Assembly (NCBI RefSeq): GCF_009914755.1
Contig: NC_060933.1
Source: the human T2T-CHM13v2.0 reference genome, Homo sapiens
Direction: 5' to 3' (one strand)
DNA: 64,000 bases
Positions within the stretch are counted from its first letter, which is position 1, and every line of letters begins with the position of its first letter. Both the position numbers and the translations under genes were made by a program. Of this stretch, positions 1-14,924 are shown one piece after another. A model generated the notes under the pieces. That model was given only the letters and a program-made list of their open reading frames with translations. It did no database searches and was not told the origin of the DNA.

Positions 1-586
1 GTTTTGTTTTTTTAAGTGCAGATGTGTTCCACAATTGAAGAAAGAGGTTAAGATTCTATACACATCCTGGGTACCATTTAGTCAATGTCTACTTGAGCAA
101 CAAACTAGGACAATGAAACCAATACAGGAAGAAGAAAATGCATGGAGCAGGTGAACTACTCCGAGGTGCATTTTTAGCTCATGTGACCTTCCAACGTGCT
201 CCAAGTATGTTGTATGTAGATGTGTGGGCATGTATTTATAGAAAGGGTCAAGAGCGCTATAAAAAATACATTAATAATGTTAGTGCTACAAGGGACTTCC
301 AAACGCTAGCCCACAGCCTCAATTTTTAGACAGAGAAAGCAAGCCCCAAGACTTGGCCAAACTTTCTAGTGATAGAATTTGCTAGTGATAGAATCTGGTC
401 ATAGCATTCAAGTTTTCAACTCCTGAAGACAATCTTACCTCCAAAGTACTCCAATTCCACAGCTTTATTCTTAAATTTACCCCTCCCCTAGAAAGATGAC
501 TGCCCACTCCTCCCTACAATACAGATTCCAAGTTTTAAGACTCAGATGGGCCTAGCCCTGCCTTCCAAGAATCCATTAGGCTAATC

Positions 587-1019
587 CAGTGGTTCTCAAA
601 GCATAGCCTGGGAACCTAAGAGTCCTCTGAGACTTCCTCATACATCCGGGAAGTCAAGAGAATGCCTTTTCCTCTCATAAATGTACAGTAGAGCTTTCTA
701 AAGGTTATATGTGACACTTGCTTCTGCATTCAGTCTGTTGCAATGAGAATACAGTTGACTAGATCTATTAAGCCAGACGTTAAAGAAATGTAAAATGTAA
801 AACTATGCCAGCCTTACTTTTTAAAAATATACATATTCCTCACTTTAAAAATATTTTTTAATATGTAATGGGTTTGCTATTTAAACAGGTTTTTAAACTT
901 TCTCATCTTAATTTCTTATACAGTAAATATTTATACACATAACAAACAAAAGGTCCTGGGGTCCTCAATAATTTAAGTGTACAAAGGGATCCTCTGATCA
1001 AGAACTTTGAGAATTACTG
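587..1019 (+). mobile_element. hAT-Charlie DNA transposon fossil (Charlie1-like non-autonomous element)
   Basis: TIRs CAGTGGTTCTCAAA (587-600) and TTTGAGAATTACTG (1006-1019), 12/14 complementary. Imperfect 8-bp TSD GGCTAATC / GTCTAATT. Confidence 0.75.
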
Positions 1020-2140
1020 GTCTAATTCACTGCTACATAAGCATGCCTTTATGGTGAATCCCTTTAGCCCATATAGATAAACCTTAGAACAGCTTCCAAC
1101 TACTCTCCTTACCTTCAAAGGGATGTTCCTCCAGCTCTGGGACTATGTAAACTACTTCTCATGCCCAGTACTACCCTGATTTATAAGAAAAAAACGTGAA
1201 TCATCTCAACTGCCTTTAATGTAAAATTTTTACATAAACATTGTCGGGGAAACATGAATATAACTGTATATTCTGGTTCTCAGAAAAGATGCTTTATAAA
1301 GCATAACAAGCTATTACATGTTTCATGTTGCATACTTACACTGGTTTAGAAAAATGCTTGAGTATCTTATGAGTCTCTCCTACACAATACAAAGCATGCC
1401 AGAAGCAGTTTTTCACTTTCATTTGGGGGTTTACACCCTAGTCAGGAAGCCATGCATGCTCCATCTTCCTCTCAAAGCCCTGGTGCGTTCCTCCTCAAGG
1501 CCCCTTTAGCCACATCAGCCCATGTCTTTTGCTTCAGTTTTCCTCACACTAAGCCATCCTGTAAAATTGTCCCAAGGCTGGCTCTCTCAAACAAAATAAG
1601 AGAAATGTTCCTGTATGGATTTCAGTGTCCTCTAGAAACCCACCCATGTTCCAATAATCAAAACTTTTTCCTTACATGCTAGGAGTACACCACACTTAAT
1701 CCTCTTCTCCTGGGGGGTTGCGGGTGGGGTGGGGGGACAAGTCCCCCTATCTGTATAAAAGAGCTTCACAAGTGCTACTACATCTACCTGGTTTCAGGAA
1801 CCTTTTCCCAATGTTTGCAGCAGACCTCACCAAACTCCCATAAACTCACGTTTTCTTCCTCTGGACTGTCAACCAGACTTGGAGAACTTGAGAGTGGCAT
1901 CCACATCCTAGTGTTTCTGAGCACCCAACGACCATGCACAACGCTCAGCTCAAGGCAGGCACTGAATGCTAACAAACAGCTCATATGTAGGAAAAGTGCA
2001 AATCTATTAAAATGCTCTGAAAAGCCCAAGGGGGATCAGCTTTTGAAGTAATTAGTAATTCTATTATAATAATTTGTGCAAATTAAAAAATATATATTTG
2101 ATGCAAAAAGATAACCACAGAACTGTTTAAAAGATGGATT

Positions 2141-2259
2141 TATTATTTATTTATTTATTTTTTTTTTTTTTGAGACGGCGTCTCGCTCTGTCGCCCAGGC
2201 AGGAGTGCAATGGCATGATCTCGGCTCACAGCAACCTCCACCTCCTGGGTTCAAGCAAT
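2141..2259 (-). mobile_element. 5'-truncated Alu (3' part of right arm plus poly-A tail)
   Basis: (TTTA)n/T-run followed by GAGACGGCGTCTCGCTCTGTCGCCCAGGC...CCTGGGTTCAAGCAAT, then abrupt loss of Alu similarity. Confidence 0.9.
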
Positions 2260-4333
2260 AAAAGATAGAAATATTTAATTTCTTCAAATCTACACCTGAG
2301 AGGTTAACAATTTCATGAACACTTTGAACACTTTCAAAGAAAATACAAACATGTAATGGCACAGGTGAGGAAAAGTAAATACTTAATACATAGATCTTTT
2401 TGAATGCTCTCTGAACCTTGCTTTTTACATTTCAAGATCAGCACATACTCTTTATTTACAGATACTATATAATAGAGATATATACCCTGATTAATTTAAC
2501 CAATCCCCTACTGATGAACATTCCAAGGTTTTGCTATTTCAAACAGTGCTTACAATAGATACCTTATACAGTAAAGCAAAAATGTAAATTTAAAGATAGA
2601 AATTGCTGGTTTGTAGTCTATTTGCATTTTTAATTACGCTAGTCACTGCCAAAAAAAACTTCTGAAAACTTATCAGTTTGCAGTCCCACCAAAGCATAAC
2701 CTACATTTTTAAAAAGGAAATAATGCAGCAGTGTAGAGAGGGCACTGGGGGAAGTAAAGGCAAGTCGGGAACCAGCCACAAGGTCACAGTCACCAACCAC
2801 AATCATTATACCTAAGACTTTAGACAATACATCTTAGCATCAGTTCTGAATGTATATGAAATGAGACTGCTGTTCAACACTATGGGTAGGGCCTTTCCAG
2901 CTCTAACATTCTCTGATGTCCTTGAACTTGTTATATATAAGAAATGTACATTAAATATGAAGACAGAATGCTTATCCTCTTGGACTACCCAAGGACAACA
3001 AATAAATGCTGGGAAAGTCAGCTGCAACACTGGGAACATAAATGCTCTGACAAACCCCTGCTAGGAATTTCAAAATGGAAGTGAAATTGAGACTGAAGAA
3101 AAAGACCACCTAATAGGAAATATAAAAAGCCATTTCAAAAATGATAAACAAAAGAAAGACGTTAATCATTTGGGGATTTTCCTAGTTTAAAACAAACCAC
3201 ATCTCCGTAAAAGAAATATGGCTAAATGGCTATAACAAGTAAGGGCCAAAGCACCCTCATGGCTACTAATAAATAAAACGGTACAAACATCCCTTTCAAG
3301 TCTACCATTTGAGAGAGTGGATACTAACAAGAGATATGATTTGCTAAGCTAAATAAAAGCCTTCATTAACAAGAAGTGACAGGATCACAACCCTGCTGCT
3401 GATAAACTGCCAACATACCCAAGGTCTTCAATGAAGGGTTGCCCATTTAACATACTGCAGCTTTAAAATGAGTTGCTTTAGAACGAACAGTTCTATGTCA
3501 AGGCAGGCCTACAACATACAAAACAGATGGAGCTGCTACTGTACCTTGGGTTTGTGTGTGTACCCATGCACGAGCATGAGCTTGGCATATACCACAGGAG
3601 AACCTGGCCCAATAACGCTTCTTAAAGTTAGCCATCCATGATTAGAGCATCTACCTTAGACCTCAACTTCTCTATCTGCTTCCAAAGATACTCAGTGTAG
3701 AGCAGAAAACATTCTTCTGATAGCCGAAGAGGGTTCCACATGGCTATTAAATGACTGGCCCAGTGGTCATCCATGGAGACCCCTCCTTATTCCTGGCAAA
3801 CACAGTCATTTCAGTCCAACCTTGAAGCAGCCAATATCTTTTCAATACAGCACACTTTGAAGCGGTATTAACAGGTCATAAATACATGTAAAAAGCATAG
3901 TTTCAGCTTAGTCAAAGTGGTTACAGAAGCATCATTGTATATTTTTTTCTGGGTGGTCCAAGTAAATTAAACTCACCAACTAGACTGCAAACAGATACCA
4001 TAAATTCTTAATTATTCACAGGTATGGATGAAAAGAAATAGCACTTTAATAAAGTCATCTTAAAATATTATTCAGTATCCAGCACTTAATTACCATCATA
4101 TAGTAGTGATATCTAAAAAACATAGAAATGTTTGCTATAGTTTAAATATTAACAATTTTTATTAACTCCAATTGGTTAAATATGTAAGTTATACAACTTC
4201 ATAGCAACCAAAATACCAAGGCCGAATACACAATTAAAAGAAAAAAACTTGCATGTAACATTTACCTTCAGCATATATAATTTTAATCTTCATTTTAAAG
4301 ACATAGGACCTATTAGATTCAAGAAATCAGACT

Positions 4334-4611
4334 AGCCAGGTGAGGTGGCTCAGGTCTGTAATCCCAGCACTTTGGAAGTCCAAAGCAGAAGGATCCCTTG
4401 AGCCCAGGATTTCAAGACAAGCCTGGGTAAGATGGTGAGACCCCATCTCTACAAAAAAATTTAAAAATTAGCCAGTTGCAGTAAAGCATGCCTATAGACC
4501 CAACTACTCAGGAGGCTGATGCTGGAGGATCCCTAAAAGCCCAGGAATTCAAAGTTACAGTTAACTATGATCATGCCACTGCAGTGAGACTAAATCTCTT
4601 AAAAAAAAAAA
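4334..4611 (+). mobile_element. Old Alu (AluJ-like) with a deletion near the 3' end
   Basis: GCCAGGTGAGGTGGCTCAGGTCTGTAATCCCAGCACTTTGG, mid A-rich linker, diverged right arm, A-tail at 4601-4611. Confidence 0.9.
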
Positions 4612-7600
4612 TCAGTAATAAGACAATAAGACCCACTATATTCAGAAAACAAAGTTATAAGAATCACTGACATCAAAGAGCTTCCAATGTAGTTGAAAGT
4701 AACATTTAAGTTGTGCCCTGAAAATTTAAACCAATATAAAAAGCTATTAAGGAGAGACCAGACACCAAAGGCAATGGGAAGTTGTTACCCCAAGTGCCCA
4801 TTCCGTAACAGCTCCTTAACTCTCATACCTGCTGTCCCTGTAATGCCAGAAGTAAAATTAAAATTCTCCTCTCCTGAACTAAAACTTGGTTTACTTCTCT
4901 CCAAATTCCATCAAGAGTAGAGGTTACTGTCTATATTTTCAGTAGCTTCCTTCTGCACCTAAGGAAAAGGGGCTGAAATCTAAAAGCTGTGATGAAATAA
5001 TATCCACCTACAAAAAAATGCTATATCCATGTTAAATCAAACAATTATAAATGGTATAAGCTAAAAGGCATGCAAAGTTTTTATTATCTTCCTAAAGACC
5101 AGCTTATATTAAAAATAAAACTGTTTGCCAGAGTCCACCTCTCTGAGGAAACTAAGAGCCTAGTCAAGTAAGCTTAATAATCTAATAAGGTGGTCAGAAA
5201 GACACTATTTTAAAATATCATATCCTTGCCATGCATTCACTGTACTGTTTAGGTCTGGTGATCTGTGTGAATGAGGAAACTAGCCAGATGGAAAATTCAC
5301 TTCCTCATTTTCCTTAACCTTTTTTCCGTGTCTTTTCCAATTGCTTAGAGTAATTTCCCATATTCTACCCATCTCTTACGAACATACCTAGCCCTTTAGG
5401 ATTAAGGAACTCCACAGAAGCCACTGACATTTTTTTAAAAAGTATTTTTCGACACTCTTAAACAACAAATGTCTTCCAAAGTTTCTACAAAAAAAAAACT
5501 GCCTAAGTCTCTTCCACTCCAACAAATATTTTAAAAACAATTCCAATTAATATGGTATTTCCTTTTAGTTATAATTTAAATGAATACTGGAAGGAACACA
5601 ATATGGTAAAGCAATGGGGTGATCTGTCAAAGGGATTATCTAAAAGGTCATTCATAAACAAACCAAATAATCCAATCAATGACAAAACACAACTGTGGAT
5701 GAATTAGTGAAATTCTAATTTCCGCCAAGCAAAAAGCCTAACAAATATTCCTAAGTTCTTACTGCATCAATTAATACATTAGAAAGTGTTATTTAAACAA
5801 ATACTGATAATATTTCAAAATCCAACACATTTTCAAAGCCATGGGTAAAGAGAATAAAGGATTTAGACAATGCAGATCTCACTGCTGGGCTTTGCATTCA
5901 CCACATAGCTTTCAGAGTAAAAGTTGCCAAATTACGTTGTCCTGCAAAGAACATTAAAATCGGTTTCTCGTAAAAAATATAAAAAGCCAGATCCATGGTG
6001 GGATAGAAGCTGGGTGGCAGGAATCAGCTCTAGGACTCAAAGTTCACCATCAATTTATCAAGGAGAATAGAGTTTAATTTTAGGACCTCTGTCTATCCTT
6101 ATGCCTATAAAATTAAAAACTAGTCTGTTTTTATGTACAGTAAAAATAAGGTAGCTAGGAAGGAAATCAACAAATGATCTTCACTAATCACCTCCCACAC
6201 TGTTATAAGCCTTAAAGGTTATTTTCCTTCACAGCACAAATCACAATTATATGTAATAATTTGTAGAACTTTAACATAATATCTCCTCCAATAAACTCTA
6301 AGTTTCATATCAGCAGGGAGTATACTGTATTCACTACTATAGTCTTAATACCTAAGGTAGTATATGTGGCATATAGCAAGATCACAAATATTTACTAAAC
6401 AAATGAAAATCTGCACAGGAAACCAAGAAATGTTCACATGTAAACTGGCAAAATAATTGCTTTTAAAGTACTGGGGGGCAGAAAAGGCTGGATCAGCAAA
6501 TCAAAAACTGAATAGAAGGACAATCAAAAAGAGCAAAATGCCATTCATGTCAGGAGGCCAGACACAATAAAATAATAAAATGTTAAATGCTAGGAAAAGA
6601 GAGATAAGTTTAAAGTTTTAAAGTGGCTACTAATAAAAACTTTAGATGTAAACATTTCAAATATTCATAGGCTATTTAATAAACTGTCATCAAATTGCCA
6701 CATTTCTTTGAGACGATAACAGAGAATAATCACAGGGAATGAGAGAGAGAAAGAAATGTTAGCCATAATGAAAAATTCCTTATGGGTAAAGTTCCAGAAA
6801 ATTCCTTAAGGAGTCTGAACTATAACACCCAAAACTTAACAAAGTCCCTGGATCTCTTAATGCTTCTGAATTCCATAGGGAACTGGGGAGCTACAAAGCA
6901 TTTTACCCAACAAAATCTCTGGTAGTCTTCGCCAAATTTAAGGAAACACAACAAAAATTAAAGAGAAATGATACGTATTAAGGTCAAAGTTTAAGGTTAC
7001 TATGTCCTATAAAATGTGATGATGAGTAAAATGCTATTGAGCTTTCACCCTCAACAATTAACTTCTGCTTCATCCTGTGATATTCTAAATTACAGCTAAC
7101 CAGTACGGAGCAGCCTTGTCAGGATCCCACCTGACTGCTTTGTGCATAGCCTGTTGGCCAATTTTATACCAGAGGCACCTGCTTGAAATATGTAGAGACA
7201 ATCTGATGACCTTATTTTCTCACGTTTACACCAGCTTTCCATAGCACAAGGACAATATTTATACTCTAGGAAGAGTAAAATATTTGCAGAGATAAGAAAT
7301 CAGAGAACATGTTGGCATGAAGCTATTTCAGCTTCTCAATTCTAAGACATTTGGACTGAAAGATGCACCCACTAACCTCACAGCTTTGGGGGACATAGAA
7401 TCAGGACATTAAGTAAACTTAAGAGACTCAAAAGTAATATAAAAATTGCATATCTAAGACATGAGAAAACATGGGATTAGTTAAGGCAGTTTTTGCAAAA
7501 ATTTCCCTGTAGAGATTGAAATTCTAGTAAGATTACCTATCATTCATGATTTACTTACATATGCAAATAATTTTCAATTGATTATCAGTCTCATGTACTA

Positions 7601-10600
7601 TATTCTTTCTTTAAATTATTATCTCTATTCCAGACTTTTGAGTTCTGCTGTTCCAGTGACCTCCACAAATTTTCCTGAATTTCTCCTAAAAACACACTAT
7701 GTGAGAGATCAAGTAATGAAAAAGAGCACATGGCCTCTTTCTAGGGAAGAGCAAAAAGGTCATTTTGAATCTGTAATTCTTTGTCATCCACTCCCAACCA
7801 ATTTTTCTGACAGTAAAGTTGGAGAAACAGTAAAGTTGGAGAAATACTGAAAACTTACTGGAGAAAGGTGAATCAAGAACAATCTTTACTGGGTGAATAT
7901 TTTGTTTATTCCAATTTGGATATCAAACATCCTATTGAACACTTGACCTGCCATTTTTTTCTCAGAACAAAAAGTAGTATTTCTAAAATCCTGCCTGATT
8001 GGGAACACATTTTTTTTCATAAACTTAACAAGTTCAAAAAACAGCCCTTACAGATTATCTACTACAATGAGCCAGGGTTATCTCAATGTCACTTTCACCT
8101 TTTTCTTGATTTTAACAGCATCCTAAAAAAAGCCTGAAGACAGTGTCTTCATTTCCTTGCTTACAGAAAATAACCAATCCATACTTTGTATGGTTCCAAA
8201 AAGTAATCCTGCAAGTCAAGGATGCCAGCTGGCATCAGAAAGTCACCAGCCTGTGATGGAAATGCCTCCAGAAGTCACCCAGTCATGGACCTAAAATAAT
8301 CCAAGGTCAGAATCCTGGCCCTGAGGAACAAGTTGTGGGCATACTGCTAGGAGTGCTACAGGGACCACAGTGAAGCTTTAAAAAAAATTATAAAAATAAA
8401 AAATAATCCTGGTACAACAACCCCACCACTGGGGAACCAAACAGCCTCTAAAGCAATTTAATATGGAGGTGAGATACAATTGCTGCTGGAGTCACACCAT
8501 TTTATTTCAAAACACCCCTAAGAGAAGCAATACATTCTCAAACATGAAAACTGAGTTGCTTCTTGGATCTGATTTCAGCCACCTTAAACTACAGCCAGCA
8601 GAACTACCAAAAGTAGAAAGAACATCATTCTGGGATCCATGGAAAGAGGTACAGAACTAGGAGTCTGACCTGATCCTACTTCCCCACTTGGTTGTATCCT
8701 TGGGCAAACCACCTGACCTCTGAGCTTCATTTTCCTCACCTATAAAACATCATTCCCAGGGAGCTGTGGCAAGTTTCTATAAGGACAGAAAAACTTGGTG
8801 TTAATCACCATTACTAGAGGAAATGCTCCGTGTCTCCTGGTTCCATCACCTTGTGGTAGTTCACCATATTCAATTGCCAACTCCACGTATTTTTCTATCT
8901 TCCTAATGGTAAGTCAACAACTAAAAAGTGGCAGATCCCTGCTGCCCCATCCCAATCCACTGCTAACTTGACTGTCCAACACAAAATTTCTTACTGTTGC
9001 ATTCTCAAGGGAGAGTCATTTGGAAGTTACCATAGAAGTTGTACAAAAGGAAAACCAAAACAGATGTCTTCACTCTTCCTGTCTAGGTCACAAACTATTA
9101 TTCACTCTAAAACCAAAGATTTCACCCTACCATCCACAAAACAATGTTTATAAGTCAGCCAAACTGTTTGGGAAAAAATTTTTTCAAAAAGTCCAAGAAA
9201 CAAGAACACAAATTATTCCCCGAACAGCCAGTTCCAACTGAAGGAATGAGCCTCTCCACTAAATCAAAAAGGTAACGCAGCGTACAAGCTGTTCGATCAC
9301 CTTTCAAGGAAAAAAAAAAAAACCCACGAAACAGTAATGCAAATGCCATTAAGGGAGAAAAGCAGTGGCCAGGCCTCAGAACACCAAGCACTGGCATGAG
9401 AAAGCCATAGTCAGCAGCCCAGACAACACATGCTCCTGGAAGACATGGCCTTAGCCATGAAGATGACGCAAGGAGAAGGCATAGATCAATGCTCTGAAAA
9501 GCACCCCAGCTTCTGTCCTGTTACTTGCTTCTTGCTCCTGCAACTATATTCCCAAAAGGGAGGAAGTCAAAAAAGTTGTAATTATTTTGACTTTTTCCTA
9601 GGTGTTTTGAAAAATAAATGTTATACCCAGAGGAGGCTGCTGGCACATAATGTTGTCAACAGAATAAAACTCTGGGGGAAACACCCAGCTTCATGTAGTT
9701 TGAAACACAACGTGCCTCAGATCTACTCTTCTGGGACAACAGTGGAATTAAGACAGTCACAGCTTGTCTCTCTCTAGCCACACCCTCAAACTTGAGTAGG
9801 TTTTGCAGAAATACTTTTCACCTGTGACTGAGCTCCTGGCAAACTAGGAAATAGTTACTCATACCATAAAAGAAAATCAAAGGTAACAAAAACAATATGG
9901 GAGGAACGGGGGAGGGAAATAAGACATAAAAAGCAAAAAATAGACAAAATGGACCAAGAAAAGACACAGTCCTGTCCCTAAAGCAATAAGCAACAACCTG
10001 GCCTGATCCCTTGATTCCCAGACAACAGGGATATATCTCTTTGCTTAATTCCTCAAGCACTCAGTTTCTACTATTAAATGCAAGAGTGGGGAGTGTGTGA
10101 TTTTTTTTTAAGTTATCATTTTCTGCCTCATCTCCTTAGGTAGAGACCAAGGAATATGAGGTAAAGGGCACTTTATACAAGTCTCAACGTTCTCAGTATC
10201 CAGCACTCAGTAATTTGTGATGAAACAATAAGTATTACACAATCTTCCTGGCTTCTGAACATAATCTCAACACAAAACCTAGAAGAATATTTTTATTGAT
10301 CCTTCAACAAACTCAAAAACAAAATTAGATTAATTTGGAAAAGCCCTAAGCTTCAAGTTAACTAGCAGCCCACATATATCAAAGTCATTCTTATTGCACA
10401 GTAGAAGCTCCACGGGAATGACTCCCAATCTTTAGGGGGATAAAACATGCTTGTTTTTACTGATATTCAATTCCCCACCCCAACCCAGTAACTAAGCCAC
10501 CCTGAGGTGCCGCAATGAGATGCTGCAGGGAGCATCAAAAACAAGCAACACGTTCACCTAAAAGAATCATATAATCATAGAATAGAAGATGCTTGGTACC

Positions 10601-13600
10601 AAGAATTTTTAAGTGCCTCTGAAAAATAAGTTCCAAATGTACCTACAATGATTTTTTAAAATCATACACAGTTAATTCAAAATTAAGTTTTTAAGTGAGC
10701 ATACACTTATACTAACACTCCAAATATCAAAAAAAAAAAAAAAATTGGCTGGGTTGTAGAGTAAGCCAATGCTTAAAACTGCCAACATTAAGCTATTATT
10801 CTGAAGGGTTTTGCTAAGATGTTCAATACAGGGGCACATTCTGATTCATCGTTATAACTGGCCTAGCTGAAGTGGCTGCCAGGAGAGCAGGGTTTTATGG
10901 GCATTGTTCCATCCTAAGAAGCTACATTAATGCTGGGTTGATACAACAGATCTTCATATCTATTTACCAGGCTGAACAAAAGTTAACTAGAAATGTAAGT
11001 GCCTAAAGTCACCAAAAGGAAGGCTCCACACTGACATTTTCTACCTACTTAGCATTCAACTATATTCATCTCACTAGACATTAACACACACCAAAGTTGC
11101 TCTCTGCTATTCAAATTGTGCTATTATGCTCAGGAGTAGATTAATATTATCCACCTTCCTTATTGTAAAATAAAATTACAGCATTGGTCCAAACATGACA
11201 TGTGGAGCCTCTTTCTACTTCTGCTGGTGCATCAGTCTGCTCTACGGCACACATAGGAGAGGGCCTTGCTAAGGCTGCCCTGCTGCTTCTGGAGTGGGGG
11301 AGAAAAGGCTGAAGACTGAAAAAAATAAAGGGGAAAGGGAGAGAAATAACACACACACATAAACCACACACCTGGAAGTCTCATATCGGCTTTTTTTTTT
11401 TTTTTTTACAACAATCTTATAAATCTGTTGTCATTTATAAGCTCACAACATCAGCAATGAGGTTAGCAGGTGGGCCACAGGCCTCTTTTAAACAGCTCAT
11501 AACATCCTATCAGTTTTTACAGCATCAAGTAGCAATGTTGACCCCAAAGCATCTGAATAAATAGAAGCAGGCAACTGGCAGGGAGAAATCCCTACTCCCA
11601 ATGGGGACAGTTCTAAAATCCCAGGGGGGGAGGAGAGAAAAGGTAAGTTAAGCTGAGAGAAGCTCATTTTATAAAAGGAGAAACTGTTTTTCAACCACGG
11701 GTTAAGGAAGGAGAGACCCAAGACAAATCTTCTCTGAAGTAAAGGAGACTATAAGATCTAAATATGTAAGGAGCAGTTTAACATGATTCAAACATTATCT
11801 GTAAATACAAGAGATCAAAAGAATATAAAACCTTTAGAACTACTGCCTTTGTCTTTACACTTAACTTTTTAATTCACGTGGCTTTAGGAAGTATAGCATT
11901 AGAGACACCAAGGCCAGGCAAACAAACCAAGGTCAAAGTGAAACAAGCCATGCTTCATCCTTAAGGCGCAGTCGATAAATGTGGACTCCATTGTTGTTGC
12001 TCCATCCTTCCAAGTTTTCAAGAAGCAATACATTTGGCTCCAGATCTTTATATATTACCAAACCGTAAATCAACAACTCACAACTATTTAAAACACAGTT
12101 CAGGGCAATCAAAACACCTATAGGCCATATGAAGCTCACGGATCACCCTTCAGGACCTGTGGCACAAATAATTTGTCCACTGATACCAACTGCTCCTTCT
12201 GGTATCAGTGATTCACTTGGTCACAGAAGATATTCTTCAGTAAGTAAAATGTAACAAAGTGCATAAGAGCCAATGCAAAAGCCCAAGCAGGATAAGAAAA
12301 TAAAGGGACAAGTGAGCAGGTTGCACCTGACCCCAAATTACCAGGACCTGGAACTAAGCACAAGGCTAAAAGGATAAACAAGGGACAGAGGGCAAGTACA
12401 GACGCATCCCAAAGAGGGGAGGAAGGCTGTGGGTAGTTCAAATTCCTTGCGGAGACTATGGAGAAGGGAAGAGATGAAAGTCAAAAGCACTGATGACCTC
12501 GTATTTGGGAAAAGTCCATGGGTCATTCAGAGGCACAGGACAGAAAAGACCCCAAGGGTTTTTAAACAAAATAAGCCAGCAATCAGTAAATAGCACCTGG
12601 GGAGATCAAAAGTGGTGTTGAATAAACTCAAATAGAAATAGGCCTTACCTGGGAACAGGTTATAAAATCTTGCTCCCTCTATAATAAATGTTGTATATTT
12701 AACACATTCTGGATACCTCTGCAATAAAGGTGGATGACCCCCTCACCTGCCATATCACCTCCAATAAAGCAATATCAGTATAACAAGAAATTCTTACTTT
12801 TGAAAAGCAGCTCAGAGAAAACAAGATCAAGTGCTCCAGAAATATTTTCCCATCCTTACCCAATTCACTGAATTTATTTTCAGATACACTGTGATTTGCT
12901 TTATTCTGATATACACAAATGATGCCTAAAGAATAAAAAAAGTGCTAAACATCCTTTAAAAGCTGAACAAGTGAGCAATTTCCAATAACTTACTTGACAG
13001 GGCATCCATCAATGATGTTCACACCATCAGCAATGAGGGGAAAAAAATGTATTTCTATGTAAACTCCATTTTGTGATGTATAGGAATGGATCCTTGATAA
13101 GAGGTTAAATAAAATTCAAATCAGAGAAAACGCGGACTATTTTAATATAAATGGTTAAATTTAAAATTTTGATTTTTCACTGAAAAAAATATGAGAAATT
13201 TAAATTAAGAAATTTATATTCCTGGAATGTTAGCTGGCTAAATTCTCAGTCTCATATGTAATCTTTTAGCATTATTTATATTTTCAAGGAAAATGCATTT
13301 TAAACTTTCCAAGTCCCATCATCATAGGTATAAATATGTCTATTTCCATACTGAAATGTCCAAAGTCACAATTCTCCCAAATCCTCCCTGCAGTCTGGGA
13401 TTTTTCTTTTACTTCATGGCAGAAATAAACATATGATGGTGTATTATAAAAAAACAAAATCACTAAAAATGGTTCATAACACATTGAAAGCCAAAAATAT
13501 AAAACTAATCAAGCAGTAACCACCTACTACCACCTTTCCAATTCAGTCAATGTCATTTCATTGTCAAAAAATCTTGTACTTCAATATGCTCATCTTTACG

Positions 13601-14292
13601 TGGTCCTTGAGATGGGGAGGGTAAGATTTTATACACAATCAAAGGTTAAGAAACCAAGGATATAAGTAATTAAACCAAACCAGATGCTGAAAACTTCAGA
13701 CTTCTAGCCTACTATTTTCCACCTGGCTGTGCTAAATTAAGAATTTCAACCTAAGTGACAAAACCTACTGAGACAACTCAGCAAATTGGCCGCACGGGCA
13801 CGGTGATCACAAGACCTTATGTGTGTGATTATTTGTTTACAAAAACAGAATGGATTTTAAAACAAACTATGAGACAGGAAAGCTTAGAGTCAGTCATCCT
13901 TCAAAGAATGCTAAAGGCCCACATCACTAACTCAACAGCAGACAAGAACCTCTGAATGACTTCACCCAGTTCTCACTAGTATAAGAAGACAACTCTAATT
14001 GCCAAAGTCCTATTTCCCAAATGGAACCTCATTTTAACACGCTTTCTTCCAAAGTGCAAAATACTAAAAACTGTATGGAAATTTCTTATTTGTATATATT
14101 TCTCTAGGAAGAGACAGCTACAGCTTTCTTCAAATGCTTAAAGAGATTCTAGCCCCTCAATATTAACAAGAACTTCCAATTTTACAATGACTCTAAAGAA
14201 ATGCAGGAAAGCTAAGAATCTCAAAACAACTATCATTCCCTAGTCCCATAAAGAGATGAAATTAGTCAAGAAAGTGTGTACTAAAAGCTTTC

Positions 14293-14295
<3 letters not shown>

Positions 14296-14326
<31 letters not shown>
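14296..14326. repeat. A31 homopolymer (U31 in the pre-mRNA)
   Basis: Direct read. Confidence 0.95.
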
Positions 14327-14329
<3 letters not shown>

Positions 14330-14552
14330 GATAAAAATCCATCTTGAAGGAATAGTTTATTGCTTTGATATTTATAAAAGATTTTTGTGATATCCTATTA
14401 ACATAGTCTTTAAAGTTGCTGAAATAATCTCCAATAATGAACAACCCACAAAAACAAAATGCTGGAAGAAAAGAACATTTAGAATATAAATTTCCCTTTC
14501 ATGATAAACTTTTTAAGTCAAAGGAAAAACCCAAGGATTAAATCTATCACTA

Positions 14553-14924
14553 CAGATGGTCCCCAATTTATGATGGTTCAAACTTACGATTTTTCAACTG
14601 TATGGTGATATAAAAGTAACACACGTTTAGGAGAAACTATATTTTGAATTTTGATCCTTTCCCGGGCTAGCAGTCTATGGTAAGAGACTCTCTCGATATA
14701 GGGCAATGGTAGCAAGCCACAGCTCCCACTCAGGCAATGGATCATGAGAGTGAAAAATGGATACTCTGTGTTGCCAGATGATTTTGCCCAACTATAACAT
14801 AAATGTTCTGAGCATGTTTAAGGTAGGCTAGACTAAGCTCTGATATTCAGTAGGTTAGGCGTATTAAATACATTTTTAACTTAATGCCATTTTCAACTTG
14901 CAATGGGTTTATCAGGAGCATCCG
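14553..14924. mobile_element. TcMar-Tigger MITE (MER47-like)
   Basis: Starts TA|CAGATGGTCCCCAATTTATGATGGTTC and ends ...GGGTTTATCAGGAGCATCCG|TA. TA flanks on both sides and MER47-type internal motifs. Confidence 0.75.

Noticed and set aside
7810-7843. 17-bp perfect tandem duplication (similar two-copy repeats near 365-394, 45747-45774, 55481-55507)
   Set aside because: Two-copy slippage duplications without spacers; not a CRISPR-like array.
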